From the NCBI GenBank assembly GCA_964388575.1, contig CAYMAZ010000008.1:1821-65820 (forward strand): a DNA stretch of 64,000 nt, in the 5' to 3' direction. Source of the stretch: an uncultured Bacteroidales bacterium (GTDB taxonomy: Bacteria; Bacteroidota; Bacteroidia; Bacteroidales; DTU049). This document shows, piece by piece, positions 10,431 to 18,724 of the stretch; positions within the stretch are counted from its first letter, which is position 1, and the number at the start of each line of letters is the position of its first letter. Below the pieces are notes generated by a model that saw nothing but the letters and a program-made list of their open reading frames with translations, was not told the origin of the DNA and searched no databases. Both the position numbers and the translations under genes were made by a program.

Positions 10431-11612
10431 ATGAAACAAAAACTATTTTCTGCGATTGTTTACCTGATTTTGTTGAACAGCCTGAATGCACATTCACAAA
10501 ACGGCGACAGCTCAAAGACATGCGTCAGGCCTGTTCAGTTGACATTTGTTTATCCACTTGGTACCAACGGCGTTGAATCAGGGAAAATCACCAACAACTT
10601 TTCTTTTAATATATTTGCAGGGCACAATGGAGGTCTGAATGGCGCTGAAATCGGAGGTTTTTCAAATACCATCAAACATACAATGACTGGTTTTCAGATT
10701 GCGGGATTCAGCAATGTTGTACTTGGAGAGGTTTCGGGCTGCCAGATCAGCGGATTCAGCAATTTCGTAAAACAAAACGTAAAAGGATGCCAGATTGCCG
10801 GTTTTTCAAATGTGACAGGAGATTCATCAAAAGTCTCCCAGTTTTCGGGTTTTTCAAATGTGATCAACGGATCAAATAACGGGATTCAAATTTCAGGCTT
10901 TTCCAATGTAACTTCTGATGATTATGAAGGTGCACAGATTTGCGGATTCAGCAATGTTTCGAGAGGAACCCACAGAGGGTGCCAGATTGCAGGGTTTTCA
11001 AATGTTTCCACAGGCAACCTTGAAGGATTGCAACTGAGCGGATTCATTAATGTTGCAGGGAAACTGAAAGGTGCTCAGATCGGCTTTATCAATGTCTGTG
11101 ATACCGTTGAAAACGGAATTCCCTTCGGTTTTATCAGTATCGTAACCAAAGGGTACAAAGCCATTGATCTGCATTATGATGAATCGCATTTTTTTAATAT
11201 CGGTATTCATACAGGAGCAGACCAGTTTTATAACATATTCACAGCAGGTCTCAGAATCAAATCTGAAAATTTCTTCTGGTCATACGGCTATGGTGTCGGA
11301 TCAAAATTCAGGATGACAGACAGATTGAACACAAATCTTGAGTTAACTTCAACTTACATTTCTCCTGACAAATGGTATCACAAAAGTTTCAATATGATTT
11401 GCAGGTTGCAACTGCTTGGGTCGTATAGACTGATAAATCATGTACATCTGTTTGGTGGAGTCAGTGCCAATGCTTTCATTACAAACAGAAAAACGGATGA
11501 AGGCATCCTGACCGACAGCGGACTTGTTTCATGGTCATTTTACAGAACAGACACGGGAAATTTTCTGCATAAATTCTATCCTGGATTCAGTGCCGGTATT
11601 CGCATATTTTAA
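10431..11612 (+). CDS. Paralogous GFSN-repeat outer-membrane protein (no STN or CarboxypepD_reg domain)
   Basis: Signal peptide MKQKLFSAIVYLILLNSLNAHSQ, ten 16-residue repeats, and a C-terminal alternating-hydrophobic segment ending ...GFSAGIRIF. Start moved from TTG 10386 to ATG 10431. Confidence 0.75.
   Translation: MKQKLFSAIVYLILLNSLNAHSQNGDSSKTCVRPVQLTFVYPLGTNGVESGKITNNFSFNIFAGHNGGLNGAEIGGFSNTIKHTMTGFQIAGFSNVVLGEVSGCQISGFSNFVKQNVKGCQIAGFSNVTGDSSKVSQFSGFSNVINGSNNGIQISGFSNVTSDDYEGAQICGFSNVSRGTHRGCQIAGFSNVSTGNLEGLQLSGFINVAGKLKGAQIGFINVCDTVENGIPFGFISIVTKGYKAIDLHYDESHFFNIGIHTGADQFYNIFTAGLRIKSENFFWSYGYGVGSKFRMTDRLNTNLELTSTYISPDKWYHKSFNMICRLQLLGSYRLINHVHLFGGVSANAFITNRKTDEGILTDSGLVSWSFYRTDTGNFLHKFYPGFSAGIRIF
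10641..11144 (+). repeat. In-frame 48-nt (16-residue) tandem coding repeat array, about 10 units
   Basis: Units: AGFSNVVLGEVSGCQI / SGFSNFVKQNVKGCQI / AGFSNVTGDSSKVSQF / SGFSNVINGSNNGIQI / SGFSNVTSDDYEGAQI / CGFSNVSRGTHRGCQI / AGFSNVSTGNLEGLQL / SGFINVAGKLKGAQI ... Confidence 0.85.
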
Positions 11613-11640
11613 ACAAACCATTCATTAAAATCCTTACAAA

Positions 11641-12372
11641 ATGAAAACAAATCTCATGAAATCAATTGCAATTTTTGCACTCATCATTATCACAACAATG
11701 CTTGTCACATCCTGCCAAAAGGAGTTCGGGAAAGGCCCTGTTGTGAATGTAATCAGAACTGTTGACAATTTTTCAAAAATTAAAGTTGAGAATTCTGCAA
11801 CAGTGCGTATTAAGAAAGGAGAATTTCAAAAAGTTGAAGTGTCAGATTATGAAAATCTAATCGGTTATTTATCGGTTGAAACAATTAATAATGAGTTGAT
11901 TATCAAAACAAAGCCTTACAATGTCATTCTGAAAAATTCACTGGCAACAGTAACCATCACTACTCCGGATGTTCTGACAGCAATTAAAATCAGCGGGAGC
12001 AGTGATGTGTCAGTTACAGATACCATGTCTACCTTACAAAATGTTCAAATCAGTGGAAGCGGATCATTTGAATCAAAATACAATGCATACACTTCATATA
12101 TTTCAAGTGAGATTTCCGGATCAGGAGATATCAGTATGAACGGTGTAAACGATAATGTTTATGCAAAAATTTCCGGATCTGGAAATATCAATTTCGGAGG
12201 ACTCGTATCTCAGCACGCCGTGTGTAATATCAGCGGCAGTGGTGACATTACAGTCAATGCACAGCAAACTCTCAGTGTCACTATCAGCGGCAGTGGAAAT
12301 GTGTATTACTTCGGCAATCCATCAATTAACACCAATATTTCAGGAAGCGGAAAAATTATCAGATTGAACTGA
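11641..12372 (+). CDS. DUF2807 (putative autotransporter-adhesin head GIN domain) lipoprotein
   Basis: Lipobox LVTSC after a hydrophobic leader. Repeated (I/V)SGSG(D/N)(I/V) rungs (ISGSSDV, ISGSGSF, ISGSGDI, ISGSGNI, ISGSGDI, ISGSGNV, ISGSGKI), typical of DUF2807 beta-helices. Confidence 0.75.
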   Translation: MKTNLMKSIAIFALIIITTMLVTSCQKEFGKGPVVNVIRTVDNFSKIKVENSATVRIKKGEFQKVEVSDYENLIGYLSVETINNELIIKTKPYNVILKNSLATVTITTPDVLTAIKISGSSDVSVTDTMSTLQNVQISGSGSFESKYNAYTSYISSEISGSGDISMNGVNDNVYAKISGSGNINFGGLVSQHAVCNISGSGDITVNAQQTLSVTISGSGNVYYFGNPSINTNISGSGKIIRLN

Positions 12373-12547
12373 AATTATATTACATGATAACTCAACTATA
12401 TAATACCTCATTATCTTAAAATAGGCTTTGAAAAGATTAGTAAATCTTAAAATCTGTCAAATATTCTGTAATACTTATTTAGAACGATACATTATCGTAC
12501 GCAAAAACTTTGTACTTTTATAATTCATAAACTAAATCTGTGTATCG

Positions 12548-13321
12548 ATGAGGCTGGCTATCATATCAGACATTCACGAAGATGTTGTTAATTTAACAAA
12601 AGCATTACGAATGATTGAAAAAGCAAATTGTGATGAAATTATTTGTCTGGGAGATATTGTCGGATTTAGTGTTCCGTATTATAAGTATATTGAAACACGC
12701 AATGCCAACCGATGTATCAGTTTGATTTCAGAAAATGTAAAATATGTCGTTGCGGGAAACCATGATCATTATGCCATCAGGAAGCTGCCAACAATTGTTC
12801 CCGGATTCAACTTACCTGCAGACTGGTACGAATTGCCTTTCTATAAACGCAAAGAGCTCGCTGCAAATCAGTTATGGCTATTTGAAGACAACGAACTTTC
12901 CGCTTTACTTGATGATCAATCCAAAGAATATATCAACAATCTTCCTGAAATGACAACAATTCAAGCCGAAAATCTCAAAATTCTACTGACACATTTTTTA
13001 AGCCCTGATATTACTGGTATCACAAAAAACTTCATTTACACATCAGGCGGATTCTCATCACATCATGAATTAATGATCGGGCACGAAGCCAGTTTATCAC
13101 TTTTTGGACATACTCATCAAAACGGTATGTATATCTTTGACTGCGGAAATGGAAATCCAATCATCTCAAAAAAAACAAAAATCAGTGCATCTCTATGCAG
13201 CATTGGTATTCCTGCAATTGCATCTTCAAACGGATTCTCAGGTTTTGCAATTCTTGACACAGAAAAATGTTCGATAGAAGTCAGATCAATTAGACCTGTG
13301 TTTAATTTAATATCCGGATAA
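12548..13321 (+). CDS. Metallophosphoesterase (calcineurin-like)
   Basis: Ordered motifs SDIH, GDIVG, GNHD, LLTH, GHTH. The stop lies 2 nt before the next start. Confidence 0.85.
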   Translation: MRLAIISDIHEDVVNLTKALRMIEKANCDEIICLGDIVGFSVPYYKYIETRNANRCISLISENVKYVVAGNHDHYAIRKLPTIVPGFNLPADWYELPFYKRKELAANQLWLFEDNELSALLDDQSKEYINNLPEMTTIQAENLKILLTHFLSPDITGITKNFIYTSGGFSSHHELMIGHEASLSLFGHTHQNGMYIFDCGNGNPIISKKTKISASLCSIGIPAIASSNGFSGFAILDTEKCSIEVRSIRPVFNLISG

Positions 13322-13323
13322 TT

Positions 13324-16224
13324 ATGAATAAAAAAACAGGATCAATGTTGAAGTTTTTTAATAAAATTATACTCCCTTCATTTCTGGCAGTATTACTTTT
13401 TATTCTAACATTATTTTTTATTGTAATTCCGGTATTTGAAAATGCAATGATGGACCGGAAACGGGAAATGATTCAGGAGCTTACAAACTCAGCATCAAGT
13501 ATTCTGGAAAAATATTATAAAGACGAGGTTGAAGGAATGATTTCCAAAGAAGATGCACAGCAAACTGCCATCTCACGCATTCAATATCTTCGTTACGGTG
13601 ATGAAAACAAAGATTATTTCTGGATCACCGATATGCATCCCAATATGATTATGCATCCATATGTTCCTGAACTAAACGGCACTGATCTGAGTGATTATGA
13701 AGATTCACACGGGAAAAAATTGTTTGTTGAATTTGTCAGTATTGTTAAAGAACAGGGACAGGGATTTGTTGACTATATGTGGCAATGGAAAGATGACTCA
13801 ACACATGTTGTTCCAAAACTTTCATATGTCAAAAAATTTGAACCCTGGGGATGGATTATCGGAACTGGCATTTATATTGAAGATGTCAGAAAAGAAATTT
13901 CTGCACTCTCATCAAAGTTAATGTACATAAGCATTATCATTGCAGCTATTACTGCATTGTTACTTACATTCATTTCATTTCAGTCATTGCGCATTGAACG
14001 AAAAAGACAATCGGCTGAAAGTAATCTGAAAGAATCACGAGAAAAATATCGATCATTAGTTGAAGCCTCAACTGAAGGACTTGTGATGATCAGTGACAAC
14101 AGGATCATTTTTGCAAATCCGGTGTTTCTGAAATTATCAGGATTGGCATGGGATGAACTTGAATCGATGAACTGGCAAGATATTTTCATTTTACCAGTAC
14201 AGTTGAATGAGAAACTTACCCATGGCAATCATGATATTGAGACCGAACCGTTTGAGACTGACATCTCTCTTCCTGTCAATCGTAAAATTCATGCACTCAT
14301 TCATTTAACACCCATATTATTTTACGGTAAGAAGGCAGTCATCTTTTCAATAAAAGATATCAGCACCGATATTATTATGAAACGCGAGTTGTTTGAAAGT
14401 CGTGAGCGGTTCAAGACATTGATGGATAAATTGAATGTTGGTATTTTCAGAACAACAATGGATGCCCGTGGTCGTTTTGTTGAAGCCAATCATACAGCTC
14501 TGCAGCTTCTAGGATATAACGATAATGAGCATTTTAAAGAAAAATATATCCTTGATCTGTTTGCTGAAAAAGAAGATAAAAAACAATTCAGAAATGATTT
14601 GTTAAATAAGGGATTCATCAGAAACAAGGTCATCAAATTAAAAAAAACTGACGGGGAAATTGCCCATATGATGGTTTCTTTGGCTGTAATTACAGGTGAA
14701 GACGGGCAGGCAACATATTGTGATGGAATCATTGAACCATTTTCATCCAAAATAACAGCCAAACAGTTTACTCAAAAGATAATCAACACAAATGAACTGA
14801 GAACTCTAATTCATTCAATCGGAGTCCATACATTTATCAAACCACTTCAAACAATCAGGCTGGACCAACCGATTGGAGAGGCTACACTTTTAATGGATGA
14901 TTTACAAAACAGAGTTCTTTTTGTTTCTGATAATCAAAGTCGGATTCTTGGTTTTGTAACTGATACTGAGATTGCAACTGGTCTGACCACATCGGGATTG
15001 AAAAAAAATTCACCCGTTTTTAACATCATGAGATCTCCGCTTATTTCGGTAAAAGAAAACACTTCTGTAATTACTGCAAAATCAATACTAAGAAAAAGAT
15101 CATATCCTGCTTTAACAGTTTCAGGTTATGATGAAAACATTGTTGGGTACATACACACAAACGACCTTAATGCTATTGATGAAATCCGTATGAGTGAGAT
15201 TTTTGAAGAAATCGGAAAGGCATTAAGTATAGAAAATCTTACTCAATTACGTTTTGAATTTGTAACCATCATTGCCAAACTAACAGAAAACAAATTACCT
15301 TCAAATGTAATACTGCAACTTCTTTCCGAAGTGTTTGATTCCATAACTTCAAGATTGTTTGATTTGGCTTATGTTGAACTGGGCACCCCTCCTGTTGAAT
15401 TTGCTTTTGTTGTAATGGGGAGTGAAGGCAGACTTGAACAAACACTGAAAACAGATCAGGATAATGCAATGATATATCGGGATACTGAAACAGATATGGA
15501 AAGCCATTCCAAATACTTTTTAAATCTTGGAACCTGGATTAATAACGCTCTTCATTACATCGGCTACGCACTTTGCAAAGGTGAAAATATGTCAATGAAT
15601 CCTCAATGGAACAAACCTTTAAGCGATTGGAAGAACTATTTTTACAAATGGATTAATAGTGGACAACCTAAAGATTTACTTGATATCAATATTTTCTTTG
15701 ATCTTCGATTTTGTTATGGAACTCCTGCAATTGTTGAAGAGCTTGAATCACATATTCTTTCTGAAAGCAAATCCAATACTGCATTTCTGCATCATCTTGC
15801 AAAAAATGCGATGCATTTTAAACCATCAGTAAATCTTTTTGGAAATGTAATAGTTGAATCTGCAGGCGCACCTGCAGATACACTTCGAATTAAAGACAAT
15901 ATTGCAGCCATTGTAAATTTTACAAGAATTTATGCCTTACAACAGGGAATAACAAATAAAAACACAATACTCAGGTTAAGAGAGCTCAACATTAAGGGAG
16001 TTTTAAACGATTCGGAATTAACAGAAACCGTTAGAGTATTTGAATATCTTACTTCAATCCGAATTCAACATCAGGCATCGCTAATTCTTGAGAATAAAGA
16101 AGCTGACAACATTATTCATGTCAAGACACTTACTGGCTTTGAGCAGACAATGATTAAAAAATCATTATCAATAATAAATGACATGTTAAGCAAGCTCAAT
16201 TTTGACTTTAAACTAAATTTATAA
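13324..16224 (+). CDS. Membrane sensor: single Cache - TM - PAS - PAS - CBS pair - DUF294 putative nucleotidyltransferase + DUF294_C
   Basis: 966 aa. TM1, then a Cache-like ectodomain (DYFWITDMHPNMIMHPY...GFVDYMWQWKD...WGWIIGTGIYIEDV), then TM2. Two PAS-like blocks (RSLVEASTEGLVMISDNRIIFANP; FKTLMDKLNVGIFRTTMDARGRFVEAN), a CBS pair, and the DUF294 signature FAFVVMGSEGRLEQTLKTDQDNAMIY. Confidence 0.8.
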   Translation: MNKKTGSMLKFFNKIILPSFLAVLLFILTLFFIVIPVFENAMMDRKREMIQELTNSASSILEKYYKDEVEGMISKEDAQQTAISRIQYLRYGDENKDYFWITDMHPNMIMHPYVPELNGTDLSDYEDSHGKKLFVEFVSIVKEQGQGFVDYMWQWKDDSTHVVPKLSYVKKFEPWGWIIGTGIYIEDVRKEISALSSKLMYISIIIAAITALLLTFISFQSLRIERKRQSAESNLKESREKYRSLVEASTEGLVMISDNRIIFANPVFLKLSGLAWDELESMNWQDIFILPVQLNEKLTHGNHDIETEPFETDISLPVNRKIHALIHLTPILFYGKKAVIFSIKDISTDIIMKRELFESRERFKTLMDKLNVGIFRTTMDARGRFVEANHTALQLLGYNDNEHFKEKYILDLFAEKEDKKQFRNDLLNKGFIRNKVIKLKKTDGEIAHMMVSLAVITGEDGQATYCDGIIEPFSSKITAKQFTQKIINTNELRTLIHSIGVHTFIKPLQTIRLDQPIGEATLLMDDLQNRVLFVSDNQSRILGFVTDTEIATGLTTSGLKKNSPVFNIMRSPLISVKENTSVITAKSILRKRSYPALTVSGYDENIVGYIHTNDLNAIDEIRMSEIFEEIGKALSIENLTQLRFEFVTIIAKLTENKLPSNVILQLLSEVFDSITSRLFDLAYVELGTPPVEFAFVVMGSEGRLEQTLKTDQDNAMIYRDTETDMESHSKYFLNLGTWINNALHYIGYALCKGENMSMNPQWNKPLSDWKNYFYKWINSGQPKDLLDINIFFDLRFCYGTPAIVEELESHILSESKSNTAFLHHLAKNAMHFKPSVNLFGNVIVESAGAPADTLRIKDNIAAIVNFTRIYALQQGITNKNTILRLRELNIKGVLNDSELTETVRVFEYLTSIRIQHQASLILENKEADNIIHVKTLTGFEQTMIKKSLSIINDMLSKLNFDFKLNL

Positions 16225-16252
16225 TCAAAAAAATCCCTAATAAAAGTAAACT

Positions 16253-17023
16253 CTATTTGTCTTCCTTTCTGCTTTTTGGAAAAAAATATCTCATTACACT
16301 TTGTTTTTTCTGCTTTTTCCCGAACAATATATTAAGATTATTTTCTGCAGCTAAATTATCAGGCCAAAGTTGCAAAGCATGAAAATATTGTTTGGCTGCA
16401 TTCTCAAAGTCATTACGATGTCTGAATATAATACCCAGATTTGTATAGCTTACAGATAATCTTCTTTTTGTTTCAAACTGAGCATCAGCAATTTGCTTTG
16501 TTCTCTTGCGAATATAGTTGTTTAAATTTGACTTGTTCTTAAACATCTGATCATCTTTTTGAAAGTCTGAGGACACTAATGCTTGAACTTCATTTTTCGG
16601 TTTGTCTTCCCATTCTTCAAGCCATTTGGAATACAAATCAATACTTTTTAACACATTCATCTCTGCCAGCTGAAATAATGAGTCTTTTATGATTTGATCT
16701 GAATTATTCGAATCCAAAGCCATTGACAAATAAGCAGCAGCTCTGTTATTGTATAAAACCCCTACTTCGTAAGATTCCTTGTAATGATCAATGTCAGCAT
16801 ATATTTCTTCAATTGAATCCATCAGAAGAAATATATTTTCATAATCCGAATGCTCTGCCAGTGAATTGTATTTTTCATACATTTCATGTGCCCGGACAAC
16901 ACGGGGATCAACTGATTTATTTTCAGCATTATAGTACCAACTTGCAACAAGTACTGCACAAATAACAAGAATCGTCATTATTAAAATAAGTACTCTTGTT
17001 TGTTTAATTTTCTGAAATTTCAT
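16253..17023 (-). CDS. Membrane-anchored TPR-repeat protein
   Basis: N-terminal TM helix (VLILIMTILVICAVLVASWYY). TPR-like helices (GVLYNNRAAAYLSMA; YTNLGIIFRHRNDFENAAKQYFHALQLWPDN). Start is 2 nt after the symporter stop. Confidence 0.6.
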   Translation of the reverse strand: MKFQKIKQTRVLILIMTILVICAVLVASWYYNAENKSVDPRVVRAHEMYEKYNSLAEHSDYENIFLLMDSIEEIYADIDHYKESYEVGVLYNNRAAAYLSMALDSNNSDQIIKDSLFQLAEMNVLKSIDLYSKWLEEWEDKPKNEVQALVSSDFQKDDQMFKNKSNLNNYIRKRTKQIADAQFETKRRLSVSYTNLGIIFRHRNDFENAAKQYFHALQLWPDNLAAENNLNILFGKKQKKQSVMRYFFPKSRKEDK

Positions 17024-17025
17024 TC

Positions 17026-18696
17026 TTATTCATGAACCTGTTCAACAAGGAATTTCCTTATTTCAACAGGAGTCGGTTTTGTGATTTTTGAAACAAAAAT
17101 ATTTGTAATTATCGCCAGTGGAGCTCCAATCCATGCAAAGTACCATGCTCCCAACCAATAATTGACAAAATCCTGAAGGGGTAATGTGGCACCAACCTTA
17201 CCAGCAATAAAATAGGTTAGGGAAATAATTGTAACAACACTACCGGCAATAAGGCCCGCAAGAGCACCCTGTTTATTCGAACCGCTCCACCATATTCCGA
17301 GAAGAAATAATGGAAATATTGTACAACCGGCCATTGAAAATGCAAGAGCTACCAGTTCTGCGATAAGTGCCAATTTAGCCAATGCAATTACAGCAACAAT
17401 AACGGCCATAAGAATGGTCCCTAATCTTGCAACAAGAAGTTGTCTTCTTGCACTCGCCTCAGGATTGATTACCTTAACATAAAGATCATGTGAAAATGCT
17501 GAAGCACCAGCCACCAGCAAACCTGAAACAGTGGAAAAAGCAGCAGAGACAGCTCCAGCAGCTAGCAAGCCTACAATAAGAGGATTCACATTGCCCAACT
17601 GTGCTGTATAAACGACAATAGCATCCTTAGCCAGTGTCCCAACTTCAGGATGAGCAGCAAGCATCTTTCCAAAAGCAGCATAAACAGGAGCAGTCCAATA
17701 TAATATACAAATAAAGAACAATCCCCAAACCACTGACCATCTTGCATCTCTTGAATTAGGAACAACATAAAACCTCTGAATAACGTGAGGCAACCCAGCT
17801 GTCCCAATCATCAGAGAAAACACAATAGCCATCCATTGAAAAAAAGTTCCTCCGGAAGAAAGAGCCCACGGCATGGCATATTCCGGTGAGGCAACAATTG
17901 AAAATTGATTTCCGTAATGATTGAATAGTTCTTTCGTTTCACTTATAGGAACTCCAGTAACAATATCAGAAACAACTGAACCATATCCAATTGGAGGTAA
18001 TAACCAGAAATAATCAAATTTAAAAAGCAGAATAAAAAGCGGCACTAAAAAGGAAACAATAATAACAATATACTGAATCTGCATATTTTTGGTCACTCCG
18101 AGCATTCCTGAAATGAGTGTATAAAGTAAAACAACACCTCCTCCTATAAATACAGCCCAAACATAATCTATTCCCATAATCCATTTGAACATTATACCAA
18201 TGCCTCCAAACTGACCCACACAATATGAAATTGAAATAATAATTGTAACAACGGCAGCAGCAATTCTTAATGTTTTAGAATAAAATCTGTCTCCAATAAA
18301 ATCTGAAGCAGTATATTTTCCATATTTTCTAATCTGACCGGCCATTAGAATCAGCAGAAGGACATACCCTCCTGTCCAACCGACAACATAAGCCAGTCCA
18401 TGATATCCTGCCCCAAACATCAATGCTGCCATGCCGAGAAAACTGGCAGCACTCATCCAGTTGGAAGCAATTGCCATCCCCGAACCAACCCTTGAAATAC
18501 TTCTTCCTGCAGCATAGTAATCAGAAGTATCCTTCGCACGGAATACAATGCCGACAAGTACAAAAACAACCAGAATACTAATTAAAATAATTGCAGGACC
18601 GACTTTAAATCCACCTTCAAGCTCAGTTGCTTTGGCAGATGCAAATAACGAAAATGTTGAAATAATCATTATTAGTGAAAGTAATATCTTTTTCAT
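17026..18696 (-). CDS. Sodium:solute symporter (SSF; large subunit of the DUF4212-associated type)
   Basis: 556 aa, about 13-14 hydrophobic helices, SSF-like N-terminal motif DYYAAGRS, immediately downstream of a DUF4212-like gene. Confidence 0.85.
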   Translation of the reverse strand: MKKILLSLIMIISTFSLFASAKATELEGGFKVGPAIILISILVVFVLVGIVFRAKDTSDYYAAGRSISRVGSGMAIASNWMSAASFLGMAALMFGAGYHGLAYVVGWTGGYVLLLILMAGQIRKYGKYTASDFIGDRFYSKTLRIAAAVVTIIISISYCVGQFGGIGIMFKWIMGIDYVWAVFIGGGVVLLYTLISGMLGVTKNMQIQYIVIIVSFLVPLFILLFKFDYFWLLPPIGYGSVVSDIVTGVPISETKELFNHYGNQFSIVASPEYAMPWALSSGGTFFQWMAIVFSLMIGTAGLPHVIQRFYVVPNSRDARWSVVWGLFFICILYWTAPVYAAFGKMLAAHPEVGTLAKDAIVVYTAQLGNVNPLIVGLLAAGAVSAAFSTVSGLLVAGASAFSHDLYVKVINPEASARRQLLVARLGTILMAVIVAVIALAKLALIAELVALAFSMAGCTIFPLFLLGIWWSGSNKQGALAGLIAGSVVTIISLTYFIAGKVGATLPLQDFVNYWLGAWYFAWIGAPLAIITNIFVSKITKPTPVEIRKFLVEQVHE

Positions 18697-18724
18697 ATTG
18701 AATTATTGTTTTAATGAATTAAAC

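Noticed and set aside
9339-11144. Periodic DNA considered as a possible CRISPR array or non-coding tandem repeat
   Set aside because: The period is 48 nt and in frame. Conservation is at the amino-acid level (G-F-x-N...G-x-Q) rather than as an identical repeat/spacer structure. There are no cas genes.
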